This document shows positions 20,566 to 29,533 of a stretch of DNA of 64,000 nucleotides, in pieces; the first letter of the stretch is position 1; every line of letters begins with the position of its first letter. The DNA is from a virus (Duplodnaviria; Caudoviricetes): IMG/VR virus record IMGVR_UViG_3300025876_001969, positions 1,458-65,457 of that record, one strand, 5' to 3'. The position numbers and the translations under genes were made by a program. Below the pieces are notes generated by a model. It did not search any database and was not told the DNA's origin. It saw only the letters and a program-made list of their open reading frames with translations.

Positions 20566-22475
20566 AATTTGCTTTTTAATTCGAATTGGTTTTTATCTTT
20601 TCCGTTGTGCTGGAAGTTGAATATTTTCTGGGTGCCAATATGCGGGAGAAAGGCTAAATCAAAATACCCCTTATGGTCACCGCAGCCTTCTAGGAATAAT
20701 AAATTATCAAGCTCCTCTTTGTACGCTATGACTTTATGTACGTTACTGTTGTCTTCGATACAATCGAAGAATTCAGGTTTAGTTATTATGTAAATATTAT
20801 GGTCAGGATAAAGGTTTTTAACTTCGCCTAATAGTCCATTAATCATTAGAACATCAGACTCATTTCTTGGGATAACAATGGCAAGTCTATTTTCAGGACC
20901 TTCGTCACCGAGTAAGTCCTTAAAATCTAAAGATTTACCGATGGTGGAGTTTTCTTTATTTGCGACATCTTTGAAATATTCAATTATCCCCTCCCTTCTT
21001 TTTCCTTTGGAAATTTCCTGCATCCAGTATTTATGGCCATCGTCAGTATTTGGATCAACATCTACGTTTAATATGTTTTTATATATATCAATTAACCATT
21101 CAGAGTCAGACTCAATTGCGGGAGGATTGTATTTTGAGTTCCTTAGTTTTTCTAAAAAATCAAAATCCCAATCATTGTCTGGCATCGAGTCTATTATTCC
21201 TTCTAGTTGGGATCCAATAACGCCGCACGAGAAATTATCTTCAACAAACTTGCGACCAATCCTGCCCATTTTATCTCTCTTAACGCGCTTCATTTTGAAG
21301 ACCTTAGTTAATTGTTTTGATATGCTTGACGGGTACGTGCTAGCTTTTATAAATTGAGTTCCAGGCTCTCTGTATTCAGCCCAATCCAATGGGAAAGATC
21401 CGCATTCCGTACTTGAGGTATCTTCTCCACAACTATAGTTTGTAACAAGTGTTACGAGCTCGGTAAGTTTGGCTTCTTGTATTGGTATTTCTTGGCCTCC
21501 AGAAGTAAACGGGTGGCAATATACATCCATGAGGTTATATATTTCATTAAGTTGTTTTTCTGAAACGCCTGATTGTACGTTTGTAGTGCTCTGGGTTTTT
21601 TTTGACCCGCAGAATTTGCAATCTAATTTTTGACCTTGAAATGGTTTTATTTCATACTGCTTACAGGATGGGCAGTAGTAGGTGGTGAGAATTCGGGAGT
21701 TTTGGATTCCTTTTTCTTTTATTAATCTTATGATATCCCATCCTTCGCCCCAGTGTGTGTGGAGTAGTAACTTAGCGTTAGATTCTGGGTTTTGTTTGAT
21801 AAAATCAAAGAAGCCCTCTAGTAGGTTCGGTACGCTTTTCCTTAGTTGATTCCTGAAAACAAAGCCAATTAAGAAACAGTTTGTGTCAATTAAGAATTTC
21901 TTCCTTAATGCTGACCTGCTTTCTTCTGGAATCTTGAAGAAGCTCTTTGTTTCAACAGCTCCTCTTAGTGTCTTCACTTGCTCGTGCCCTAGTTTCTTAA
22001 GCTCCCTCTCCGCAAAGCTTGCCCATACATAAAAATTTTTAACGAATGGGGCGGCCTCTATGGCTAGTGGTAAAATTGGCTCCGAATCTAATGTTGTCCA
22101 GATCATGCAGTTGGTCTTATTCCACCAATTTCTTTTCCAATATCCATTAAAGCCCCATATGTCCTCTGCCCCTATATATACATCAGGCTTAAATTCCTTG
22201 ATTAAGTCGTCTATAGTTTCAGCGCCGTAACCAGCAGCTCTAGCCATATTAGGATCTTTATTTAATTGTTTGAGTCTCTCTTGGTCGTCAGGCAGAGTTC
22301 CTACGCATTTCCATGGCAGCTTTGATAAAGCTGGGTGGAGTTTAGTCATCCCGTTGCACGCTTCTATTATTTCGTATTTGCCTGTAGAGTGTAGGTGGCG
22401 TAATACGTTTTTACAATTCTTACCGAAGCCAGTAAAAGCCTTACTGTGATTACTATGAAATAATATCTTCTTCAT
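20562..22475 (-). CDS. GT4 glycosyltransferase with Zn-ribbon insert, DUF4214-like helical segment and C-terminal GT9 N-lobe
   Basis: 'TGFG', 'RNQLRKS', 'LNEIYNLMDVYCHPFTSGGQEIPIQEA'. CPSC..CKFC. C-terminus 'LAIVIPRNESDVLMINGLLGEVKNLYPDHNIYIITKP'. Confidence 0.75.
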   Translation of the reverse strand: MKKILFHSNHSKAFTGFGKNCKNVLRHLHSTGKYEIIEACNGMTKLHPALSKLPWKCVGTLPDDQERLKQLNKDPNMARAAGYGAETIDDLIKEFKPDVYIGAEDIWGFNGYWKRNWWNKTNCMIWTTLDSEPILPLAIEAAPFVKNFYVWASFAERELKKLGHEQVKTLRGAVETKSFFKIPEESRSALRKKFLIDTNCFLIGFVFRNQLRKSVPNLLEGFFDFIKQNPESNAKLLLHTHWGEGWDIIRLIKEKGIQNSRILTTYYCPSCKQYEIKPFQGQKLDCKFCGSKKTQSTTNVQSGVSEKQLNEIYNLMDVYCHPFTSGGQEIPIQEAKLTELVTLVTNYSCGEDTSSTECGSFPLDWAEYREPGTQFIKASTYPSSISKQLTKVFKMKRVKRDKMGRIGRKFVEDNFSCGVIGSQLEGIIDSMPDNDWDFDFLEKLRNSKYNPPAIESDSEWLIDIYKNILNVDVDPNTDDGHKYWMQEISKGKRREGIIEYFKDVANKENSTIGKSLDFKDLLGDEGPENRLAIVIPRNESDVLMINGLLGEVKNLYPDHNIYIITKPEFFDCIEDNSNVHKVIAYKEELDNLLFLEGCGDHKGYFDLAFLPHIGTQKIFNFQHNGKDKNQFELKSKL

Positions 22476-23044
22476 TAAATCGGGCAGTCTTCTTCAGTTT
22501 TAGAGTATTTAGGTTTAGAAAATGACTCAATATTTTTCTCTATGCGAAAGTTGTATATTCTAGTTAAAATAGTTTCTAGGAATCTAGATAAACATTCTGC
22601 CTCCCCAGCTTCTAGTGAGCATTTAAATGTATTGCTTCCGTTTTTTATAATTGTTAATCCGAAGTTTGGTAATATTTGAATTTCTTCTTTGTAGCTTTTT
22701 GTTTTTGCGTCAAACTTAGAAACTTTAGATTCTTTATCCCATGGAGTAAATTTTATAGTAGTTTTTTTGCCTTCGAATTGATGGAAGGTATCGTATGCAA
22801 ATCTATTCTTTACTGCGTTGATTATTGAGCCGCACTCAAACTCATTGAATTTCAGGGTAATGTTTTTCTCTGGGTCTTCTTTGTTCTTGATGAAGGTTCC
22901 TCTCCTAGCTTTCTCATCCCAGCTGTGTTGCATTATGGCCGACACGAACAAGATGGGTTCGCCGCTGTTCTTGTCGTGACCCATTGAAAAACTGAAACCG
23001 AATCCAGAGTTGTATTTATTTGGTTTGTATAATTGTAAGCTCAT
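22475..23044 (-). CDS. hypothetical protein, possible Whirly/PC4-like ssDNA-binding fold
   Basis: Two beta-rich units, each ending in a helix ('ITLKFNEFECGSII', 'FKCSLEAGEAECLSRFL'). Confidence 0.45.
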   Translation of the reverse strand: MSLQLYKPNKYNSGFGFSFSMGHDKNSGEPILFVSAIMQHSWDEKARRGTFIKNKEDPEKNITLKFNEFECGSIINAVKNRFAYDTFHQFEGKKTTIKFTPWDKESKVSKFDAKTKSYKEEIQILPNFGLTIIKNGSNTFKCSLEAGEAECLSRFLETILTRIYNFRIEKNIESFSKPKYSKTEEDCPI

Positions 23045-23046
23045 AA

Positions 23047-23433
23047 TTAATCGAAGTCTATTTTAACGTTTTTACTTTCATATGTGTTACCTTTGTCCAT
23101 ATGATGTTTTGTTCCATTTCTCTCTTTAGAGTAATTTTCAAAGTATTTTTTCTTTAGTGGGTCTACGCCGTCATTCTTTTCGGCGCGCATAGATGAAAGT
23201 TCGGCGCTCTTATCTAACATATCACCAACACTACCCTTCATGTTTGCAGTAGAGTTTACAAAACTTGCATTGTCCCATGGGTCAATCGACCCCTCTGTAT
23301 TCAATTGGGAAGACGTGAAGATTCTCCTCCACTCTAATCCTTTTTCGTCTACATATTTCTTCTCATCATTCATGTGGAAGAACACCTCTGTTTCCTCTTG
23401 GGTCTCAGGGTTTTGAAAGATATACATTGGCAT
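23047..23433 (-). CDS. FmdB-like small protein lacking the Zn cysteines
   Basis: 'MPMYIFQNPETQEETEVFFHM..WRRIFT' resembles MPxYEYxCxxCG. Has its own consensus promoter. Confidence 0.6.
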   Translation of the reverse strand: MPMYIFQNPETQEETEVFFHMNDEKKYVDEKGLEWRRIFTSSQLNTEGSIDPWDNASFVNSTANMKGSVGDMLDKSAELSSMRAEKNDGVDPLKKKYFENYSKERNGTKHHMDKGNTYESKNVKIDFD

Positions 23434-23441
23434 AGTGTTAG

Positions 23442-23470
23442 ATTATACCAAATATTTATTACATTGTCAA
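23442..23470 (-). promoter_or_regulatory. perfect sigma70 promoter, near-leaderless transcript
   Basis: Minus strand TTGACA-N17-TATAAT. The ATG at 23433 lies 8 nt after the -10 hexamer. Confidence 0.85.
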
Positions 23471-23767
23471 CTATTTTTTATCTAATTTATTACAGCTTAA
23501 TTGTATTAAATCCAATAGAGAATCAAATAACCAACAACAAGCACTAGAGCATAAAGGAAATAACAAATATAAAATATTACTTTCTTTAAAATTATACATT
23601 AATAAACCAATAAAGAAACCACACCAAAAGCCTAAACATAAACTACAATTAAATAATTCTTTTAATAAATTAGAATGTTTAAAAATAAAACTTCTCAGAC
23701 GGCCTAATATGGACCCATACCTAAGGATCCACATTAAGCCGACACAGGAGATCAATTCAATTACCAT
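23471..23767 (-). CDS. small membrane protein, DUF1360-like
   Basis: Hydrophobic segments and 'ELFNCSLCLGFWCG'. Confidence 0.6.
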   Translation of the reverse strand: MVIELISCVGLMWILRYGSILGRLRSFIFKHSNLLKELFNCSLCLGFWCGFFIGLLMYNFKESNILYLLFPLCSSACCWLFDSLLDLIQLSCNKLDKK

Positions 23768-23945
23768 TGAGGGACTCTAGCGCTTCCTTGATAACTAGAA
23801 GCTGCTCTTGAGTCAAAGATACTTCCCCACCAAAATCATCAGTGAGCGTGTAATGGTCTGTTTTTTCTTTAGATTTTTTTAATACCGGACATCTTCCTTT
23901 GCCGCAGCAGAGGAGAATACCTTCGCCTTGTTTCTTAATGTTCAT
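23757..23945 (-). CDS. small hypothetical protein
   Basis: 62 aa, 'LCCGKGRCP', overlaps both neighbours. Confidence 0.65.
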   Translation of the reverse strand: MNIKKQGEGILLCCGKGRCPVLKKSKEKTDHYTLTDDFGGEVSLTQEQLLVIKEALESLNGN

Positions 23946-25027
23946 TTGTTTATTAGGTTTAAGATTTTTTCAACTGTATTATCGTAAGTAAATACTTCTT
24001 TTATTTCAACACCTTTTTCGTTTCTTTTGTCGTATTTATCTATAGCTTTGTCTAGTGCCTTATAGAATGATTGATCGGAGAATGTATTTAAGTTTCCTTG
24101 ATTAAACGGTTGGCCTTTTTGGAAGAATGCTCCGTCATAAATTTCTTCCTGACCTTCTGGCTCGACCAATATAGAGTTATCTTTAGTAGCCCAATCCTTA
24201 TGGGAGGTGGCATTCAAGACAACACTCCATTTGCCCAAACAAGTAGAATTAAATGCGGGCAAATTCCAACCTTCTGCCCCACTTAGGCCGCTCAGGTTGA
24301 TGTCGATGGAATTGTAAAGCTCGTTCATTTCTGAATTAGTTTTAAGGTATGGCAGGAAGTTTATGTTTGTGTGGCGCTTGCCGCCAAGGGCTTGACTTAT
24401 CGCAATATTCATTTGCTCTGGCTTGAAGAATGGATTAGTTATGCAGCATGTTAATTGGTAGTCATTATTGTTGCCGTATCTATCGGCCCAGAGTTTGATG
24501 ATTTTTGCTGTATGTTTTCTTTTTTCAAACTTGCCAACTAGCCCAAAATTAACTCTACCTTTTAGGTAAACTTTGTTAGTTTCAAAAAAATCAGTATCAA
24601 AACCTATTGGTATGTATTCTGTATTCTTTAATCCCGAATTCTTGAAAATATTCATGGCGCTAGAACTACTGAAGATGCATTTCCTCTGGACCCCGCAAAT
24701 ACTTTTCTCTACAATAGTGGGGGAGTCGCACTCGTAGAAAGTATAAAGGAACTGATTGTTGCCTATGCCTGACTCAGATCCATTGATGTGCCACATCTTT
24801 AAGGATGGAGAATCTGGGGATAGTGTTGAGAATCTTTCATTTGAAGACTTTTCTATCCAGGACTTTAATTTAGTGTCAATTTTATCGTAAGCTGTGAAGT
24901 CCAAAGACTTACCCATTGGGAAGAAAGAGACTTCTACCTCTTTTTTATGGAGGGATCTTAGCATGTTTACCGAAACATTGCCAAAACTTAATGAGTTTAT
25001 TGGTGCGCTGAAATTTATCTTATTCAT
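23942..25027 (-). CDS. GT4 (GT-B) glycosyltransferase
   Basis: 'VGKFEKRK', 'MNELYNSIDI..SGAEGWNLPAF'. Confidence 0.8.
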   Translation of the reverse strand: MNKINFSAPINSLSFGNVSVNMLRSLHKKEVEVSFFPMGKSLDFTAYDKIDTKLKSWIEKSSNERFSTLSPDSPSLKMWHINGSESGIGNNQFLYTFYECDSPTIVEKSICGVQRKCIFSSSSAMNIFKNSGLKNTEYIPIGFDTDFFETNKVYLKGRVNFGLVGKFEKRKHTAKIIKLWADRYGNNNDYQLTCCITNPFFKPEQMNIAISQALGGKRHTNINFLPYLKTNSEMNELYNSIDINLSGLSGAEGWNLPAFNSTCLGKWSVVLNATSHKDWATKDNSILVEPEGQEEIYDGAFFQKGQPFNQGNLNTFSDQSFYKALDKAIDKYDKRNEKGVEIKEVFTYDNTVEKILNLINK

Positions 25028-25029
25028 AT

Positions 25030-25419
25030 TTAAAATGGCATTTCTTCTTCTTCTACTATTGATTGTATAGTAGGGCTTGGTTGTGGATTTTCAATAACAA
25101 CATTGGTTGATTCTTTTTTTCCGCTTGGTAGAAACCTGACTAAGTCTGCGCCAAGGTAGAACTTCTGCCTTGGGTTTCCATTTTTGTCCTCCCATTTGCT
25201 GACTTTTATTTTACCCTCAACATAAACACAAGATCCCTTTGATAAAAACTTCTTGCAGTTGTCTGCGGTTTTGTTCCAGCATTCCGTATCCATAAAAAGA
25301 ACTTCGTCCTTGGAGTTGTTTATTGCTAATGAAAATGAACATTTAGTGTTGCTGCTTTCGAATGATTTAGTCTCTGGGTCTTTTGTTAGGTGACCTATTC
25401 CTATAAATTTATTTATCAT
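25030..25419 (-). CDS. ssb: single-stranded DNA-binding protein
   Basis: 'NKFIGIGHLTKDPE', 'LSKGSCVYVEG', acidic tail 'EEEEMPF'. Confidence 0.95.
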   Translation of the reverse strand: MINKFIGIGHLTKDPETKSFESSNTKCSFSLAINNSKDEVLFMDTECWNKTADNCKKFLSKGSCVYVEGKIKVSKWEDKNGNPRQKFYLGADLVRFLPSGKKESTNVVIENPQPSPTIQSIVEEEEMPF

Positions 25420-26012
25420 AATTCGTTTTTTAGTTCTCTTTTTATTTTAGTGATTGCTTTGTCGTGGATGTTTATGCACCCCTGTATGCTAAGCTTTAGT
25501 GGCTTGCATATTTTATTCCATGGCATTACGTTGTTTCTCTGCCCTTCTATGTATCTCATTTTGAATATCTTTGAAACCCTGGTGTCAGGATCTTTATTTA
25601 TTAGGTTCATTATCTTGCTTAAAACTTCTAGGTCTACTTTTTTATCTTCAGGCTTATCCTCTGACCTCTTTCCGATATCAGCATAATCCATGTGAACTTC
25701 TTTTGAGTTCTTATTTTTATTATATAAGTTCAAGCACAACCATCTAGTCTCGTTACCAAGATGGGTTGAGAATTTAGTATTTCTAGAGTCATCGTATTTT
25801 AGCGCCGCTTTATAAATATAGTAATTTCTATCCTTCAGTAGATCTACCCTGTCTGAGACTATCCCGGACGTGCTAGTAGGAGAGTAATTATTCACCATCG
25901 TTATGAATATACCACTATGACGTTGAACCAATTCGCCCAAGCTTTGCTCGGGTTCTACGCCAACCTGCAAATTGCAGACTAGCTCATTATCGGATAAGGA
26001 GTTTATTTCCAT
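25416..26012 (-). CDS. phage-encoded sigma70-family factor
   Basis: 'LSDNELV', region 2 'AALKYDDSRNTKFSTHL', region 4-like 'IFKMRY..WNKICKPLKLSIQGCINIHDKAITKIK'. Confidence 0.8.
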   Translation of the reverse strand: MEINSLSDNELVCNLQVGVEPEQSLGELVQRHSGIFITMVNNYSPTSTSGIVSDRVDLLKDRNYYIYKAALKYDDSRNTKFSTHLGNETRWLCLNLYNKNKNSKEVHMDYADIGKRSEDKPEDKKVDLEVLSKIMNLINKDPDTRVSKIFKMRYIEGQRNNVMPWNKICKPLKLSIQGCINIHDKAITKIKRELKNEL

Positions 26013-26033
26013 TTTTTATTTAGAATAAATAAG

Positions 26034-26062
26034 AGACTAACATATAATCATAGTAATGTCAA
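26034..26062 (-). promoter_or_regulatory. sigma70-type promoter for the sigma/ssb operon
   Basis: Minus strand TTGACA-N17-TAGTCT with an upstream T-rich tract. Confidence 0.7.
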
Positions 26063-26093
26063 GTAAAAAGAAAGAAAAAAATCTCGCGCGCTT

Positions 26094-26200
26094 GGTCTTC
26101 GTAAGATATGAGGTCTCCGTAAGATTACTAATTGATTAGACTAACGTGAGACAAATAAGATTAACATGAGAATAGCTTCAATAGCTAAAGCTTTTGAAGC
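26094..26200. repeat. direct repeat and stem-loops in the divergent intergenic region
   Basis: GGTCTYCGTAAGAT x2 (26094, 26112), stem-loop 26113-26152, inverted repeat GCTTCAA..TTGAAGC 26175-26200. Confidence 0.7.
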
Positions 26201-26228
26201 ATTATAACATAAATTTAAGTAATGTCAA
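26201..26228 (-). promoter_or_regulatory. second leftward sigma70 promoter (extended -10)
   Basis: Minus strand TTGACA-N16-TATAAT with TGn. Overlaps the start codon of the 26222 gene. Confidence 0.7.
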
Positions 26229-26989
26229 GCAAAAATAATAGAACCCTAATATTAACCTCCTACTTTTCGGTAAAGCCGCACCCGAATGATCCGGGTGATA
26301 GTGCAGTAGTGGGTAGGGGTCCAGATGGAATGGTTGCTAAATCTGACATTAATTACATAAAAGAATGGTACGATTCTGTGGTTAGGAATAAAATAAAATC
26401 TGTAGTTTTTCACGACAACCTAGAGGATGACCTGATTAGGGACTACTCAAATAATTATGTATCTTTTGAAAAAGTATCACCAACTGAATATTCAAACAAT
26501 GATTATAGATTTTTTTGCTTCAGTAATTACCTTGAGAGCTTGAGTGAAAAGCCCAGTGTGGTATTTCATACTGACGCATCAGATGTTAAGGTCGTTATGG
26601 ATCCGGTAAGTCTCATTGATCAGAACGATTCGATAGATTATTTTGCCTGCAAGGATTCAATACCATTAAGCCAGTTTCCGTATAAAAAAATACATGATCA
26701 CTTTAACTGGGATGATAGTTTTAACTTTGATATAAATTACGGTTTATGGGATTTGATTAACATGGGCGTTGTGGGCGGATCATTTGAGAAAATGGTAAAA
26801 TTTTATAAAACTTTCGTTGAAGTAAGAGAGTCCATGGGGCAACCAGATTTCAATTCAGACATGTGGATACTACAATACTTATTAAGGTCCAAACTTCAAC
26901 CTTGTGAATTTATTATGGGCGAACCTGTGTGTAGTCAGTTTAAAGGTTACCAAAGCGAAAGGGAGGATGTCTACTTTATCCACAAGTAA
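26222..26989 (+). CDS. putative GT-A glycosyltransferase-like protein
   Basis: 'RFFCF', 'VFHTDASDV', 'INMGVVGG', 'DMWILQY'. Confidence 0.55.
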   Translation: MSSKNNRTLILTSYFSVKPHPNDPGDSAVVGRGPDGMVAKSDINYIKEWYDSVVRNKIKSVVFHDNLEDDLIRDYSNNYVSFEKVSPTEYSNNDYRFFCFSNYLESLSEKPSVVFHTDASDVKVVMDPVSLIDQNDSIDYFACKDSIPLSQFPYKKIHDHFNWDDSFNFDINYGLWDLINMGVVGGSFEKMVKFYKTFVEVRESMGQPDFNSDMWILQYLLRSKLQPCEFIMGEPVCSQFKGYQSEREDVYFIHK

Positions 26990-27695
26990 AATTACAGTTT
27001 ACTGCTCGACCTATAATTCGATTAAGTGGATTAAAGGCTATTTGAACAATATAAACTCTCAGATCTCTGAGCCGTTTGATTTATTTTTCATAGACGCAGG
27101 TTCTACGGATGGCTCCCTTGAAGAAATTAAACAATTCAAATTTAATCGACATATTAATGTTTCTATTTTTGAGCCTGGATTTTTATCTATTTATGAAGCG
27201 TGGAATCTTGCGGTAGCTAAATCCAACACTCCATATTTAGTTAATTTTAATACAGATGATAGGCTTAACTTTCACACACTTTCAACTTACCATAATTACA
27301 TCGAGGGACATCCAGAAGTAGATTTATTTTACGGAGTGCATAACTTCGTGTCTGAAATTGGCGGACCCAATCTGCCAATAGGTGAGTACTGGAGAAATTT
27401 AACCAACTCCTTACTGTCTGAATCAGAAGAAAAGTTAATGTTTTCTATTAATCCCTGTGGGCCATTTCCTTTAGTCAAAAAAGCCTCCCTGATGGATGCT
27501 GGTGAATTTGATGAAAAATATTTTTCTTCTGCGGACTACGACATGTGGTTGCGAATGTTTTCGATGGGCATGAGGTTTAAAAGAACTCAAGATATCATTG
27601 GCGACTTTTTATATAGACCTGATTCAACCTCTCAAGCGAAACTTAAAGAGTCAGAACTACATGATAAAGAAATACAGGCAAAATATAAAACATGA
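26967..27695 (+). CDS. GT2 glycosyltransferase
   Basis: 'STYNS', 'IDAGSTDGS', 'IYEAWN', 'NTDD', 'FDEKYFSSADYDMWLR'. ATG 26967 preferred over 26904. Confidence 0.85.
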   Translation: MSTLSTSKITVYCSTYNSIKWIKGYLNNINSQISEPFDLFFIDAGSTDGSLEEIKQFKFNRHINVSIFEPGFLSIYEAWNLAVAKSNTPYLVNFNTDDRLNFHTLSTYHNYIEGHPEVDLFYGVHNFVSEIGGPNLPIGEYWRNLTNSLLSESEEKLMFSINPCGPFPLVKKASLMDAGEFDEKYFSSADYDMWLRMFSMGMRFKRTQDIIGDFLYRPDSTSQAKLKESELHDKEIQAKYKT

Positions 27696-28354
27696 AAAAA
27701 GTAGTATCATTTTCACTTTGGGGAGACTGCGAGCGTTACACAGTCGGCGCAATTGAAAACGCAAAAAGTATTGGTAGTGAATTTTATGCAGGCTGGGAAA
27801 GCTGGTTTTATACGCATCCGCTCGTAAGCAAAAAAAATCAAGAAAGGATTAAAGAAGAAGGCGGAAAGGTTATTTTGACAAATGATAATTCAGATTTTTC
27901 TATGTCTTTCGCTCGATTCAAGCCCATGACATGCAACGATGTATCTGTTTTCGTCAGTCGTGATTGCGATTCAAGAATTTCGGATAAAGAATATCAAGCT
28001 GTAATTGAATGGGAAAAAAGCGAAATGCAGTTCCATTGCATGAGGGATCATAAATTCCATAATGATTGGCCAGTTATGGCTGGCATGTGGGGTTGCAAGC
28101 GATCAGGTTGCGCTGACTTAAGTGAAATTTACGAAGATTTAATTAGTTTTCGCAAAGGCGATGAATATCATAATGATCAACATGGACTAAAAAGTATGTA
28201 TTCTAAAATCCGATTTCTATTTTTAGAACATGATGATTTCAGAAGGGGTTCAGGCATACAATTCCCTAATCATCAACCTTTTAAATACGGCTCGTTTGTT
28301 GGTGAGCGTATAACATCAGATAATAAAATTGGGCCAATAGAAAAATGGAGTTAA
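27692..28354 (+). CDS. putative glycosyltransferase-like protein
   Basis: 'VSFSLWG..YTVGAIEN', DxD 'SRDCDSR', 'MRDH', 'MAGMWG'. Confidence 0.6.
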   Translation: MKKVVSFSLWGDCERYTVGAIENAKSIGSEFYAGWESWFYTHPLVSKKNQERIKEEGGKVILTNDNSDFSMSFARFKPMTCNDVSVFVSRDCDSRISDKEYQAVIEWEKSEMQFHCMRDHKFHNDWPVMAGMWGCKRSGCADLSEIYEDLISFRKGDEYHNDQHGLKSMYSKIRFLFLEHDDFRRGSGIQFPNHQPFKYGSFVGERITSDNKIGPIEKWS

Positions 28355-29007
28355 ACACAAAAAGCGTTCTTATTCATCACCATCTCGGCCTCGGAGATCA
28401 TATTGTTTGCAATGCAATAGTTAGAAAACTTCATAAAAAATATAAAAAAATAAAACTCGCAGTGAAACATCATAATTTATCCAGCGTAAAGCAACTATAT
28501 AGAGATATTGATGTAGAACTTTATCCCGTAAACTCGGATTCCGATTGCGAAAAAATGTATAAAAATAACAAGTTCATCAGAATTGGTTTTGAGAATTGCA
28601 AGCTGCCCAATTGGGAGGAATCTTTTTACGATCAAATGAATATAGATTATTCGTACCGATTTTCACATTTCTTTATCGAAAGAGATTATGAGAGAGAAAA
28701 TTTATTAGAACAAAAGCTAGAGCTTGCCGATAAGTTTTCATTTCACAACAACTCATATAGCGGCGGAAAAATTGAAATAAATTTCACAAGCTCTTTACGT
28801 AAAATCTTCCTATCACCAATTACAGATAGTATTTTTGACTGGATTGGTGTACTTGAAAAAGCTGAAGAAATACACACCATAGACAGTTCAATATTTCAAT
28901 TAATAAAACAGTTAAATATTAAATCTAAGAATTATTTCTATAGCCACAGGAATCCATTCTTTAATTTCTCAAAAGAATGTGATCAGATATGGAATATTAT
29001 CGAATGA
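28345..29007 (+). CDS. GT9-like glycosyltransferase
   Basis: 'HLGLGDHIVCNAIVR', 'AEEIHTIDSS'. Confidence 0.65.
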   Translation: MELNTKSVLIHHHLGLGDHIVCNAIVRKLHKKYKKIKLAVKHHNLSSVKQLYRDIDVELYPVNSDSDCEKMYKNNKFIRIGFENCKLPNWEESFYDQMNIDYSYRFSHFFIERDYERENLLEQKLELADKFSFHNNSYSGGKIEINFTSSLRKIFLSPITDSIFDWIGVLEKAEEIHTIDSSIFQLIKQLNIKSKNYFYSHRNPFFNFSKECDQIWNIIE

Positions 29008-29026
29008 TGATGTAATATCATATATT

Positions 29027-29521
29027 ATGATTGAAACAATTTGCTTCAAAGATGAATCCTATCCACTATTTCAAAGCAGAGGTTACGCATCCCAATTCTG
29101 CATTCCTTTTGCAAAGCATGTGTGCAAGGGTAGTGGGTACGATGTGGGATGCATGAAAAAAGAATGGAGCTACCCTGGAGCAAAACCAATAGATATTTCT
29201 TTTGATGATCCATGGGATGCAAATAATTTACCTAGCAACAAAAAGGTTGATTATATTTTTTCCAGTCACTGCCTTGAGCACGTTCCCCACTGGGTTGATA
29301 CACTAGATTATTGGTATGATTTTATCGAAAGTTCCGGCACTTTATTTTTATACTTACCAGATTATAGTCAAACTTATTGGAGGCCATGGAACAACAGAAA
29401 ACATATACATATTTTCTCCAGAGATATAATTCATGACTATCTAAAAGATAAAGGTTATTCTAATATTTTTGTATCCAATGTAGATTTAAACAATTCCTTC
29501 ATAGCTATGGCTGAAAAATAA
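29027..29521 (+). CDS. class I SAM-dependent methyltransferase
   Basis: 'GYDVGC', 'DYIFSSHCLEHV', 'GTLFLYLPD'. ATG 29027 preferred. Confidence 0.8.
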   Translation: MIETICFKDESYPLFQSRGYASQFCIPFAKHVCKGSGYDVGCMKKEWSYPGAKPIDISFDDPWDANNLPSNKKVDYIFSSHCLEHVPHWVDTLDYWYDFIESSGTLFLYLPDYSQTYWRPWNNRKHIHIFSRDIIHDYLKDKGYSNIFVSNVDLNNSFIAMAEK

Positions 29522-29533
29522 CATCCCCCTAAA

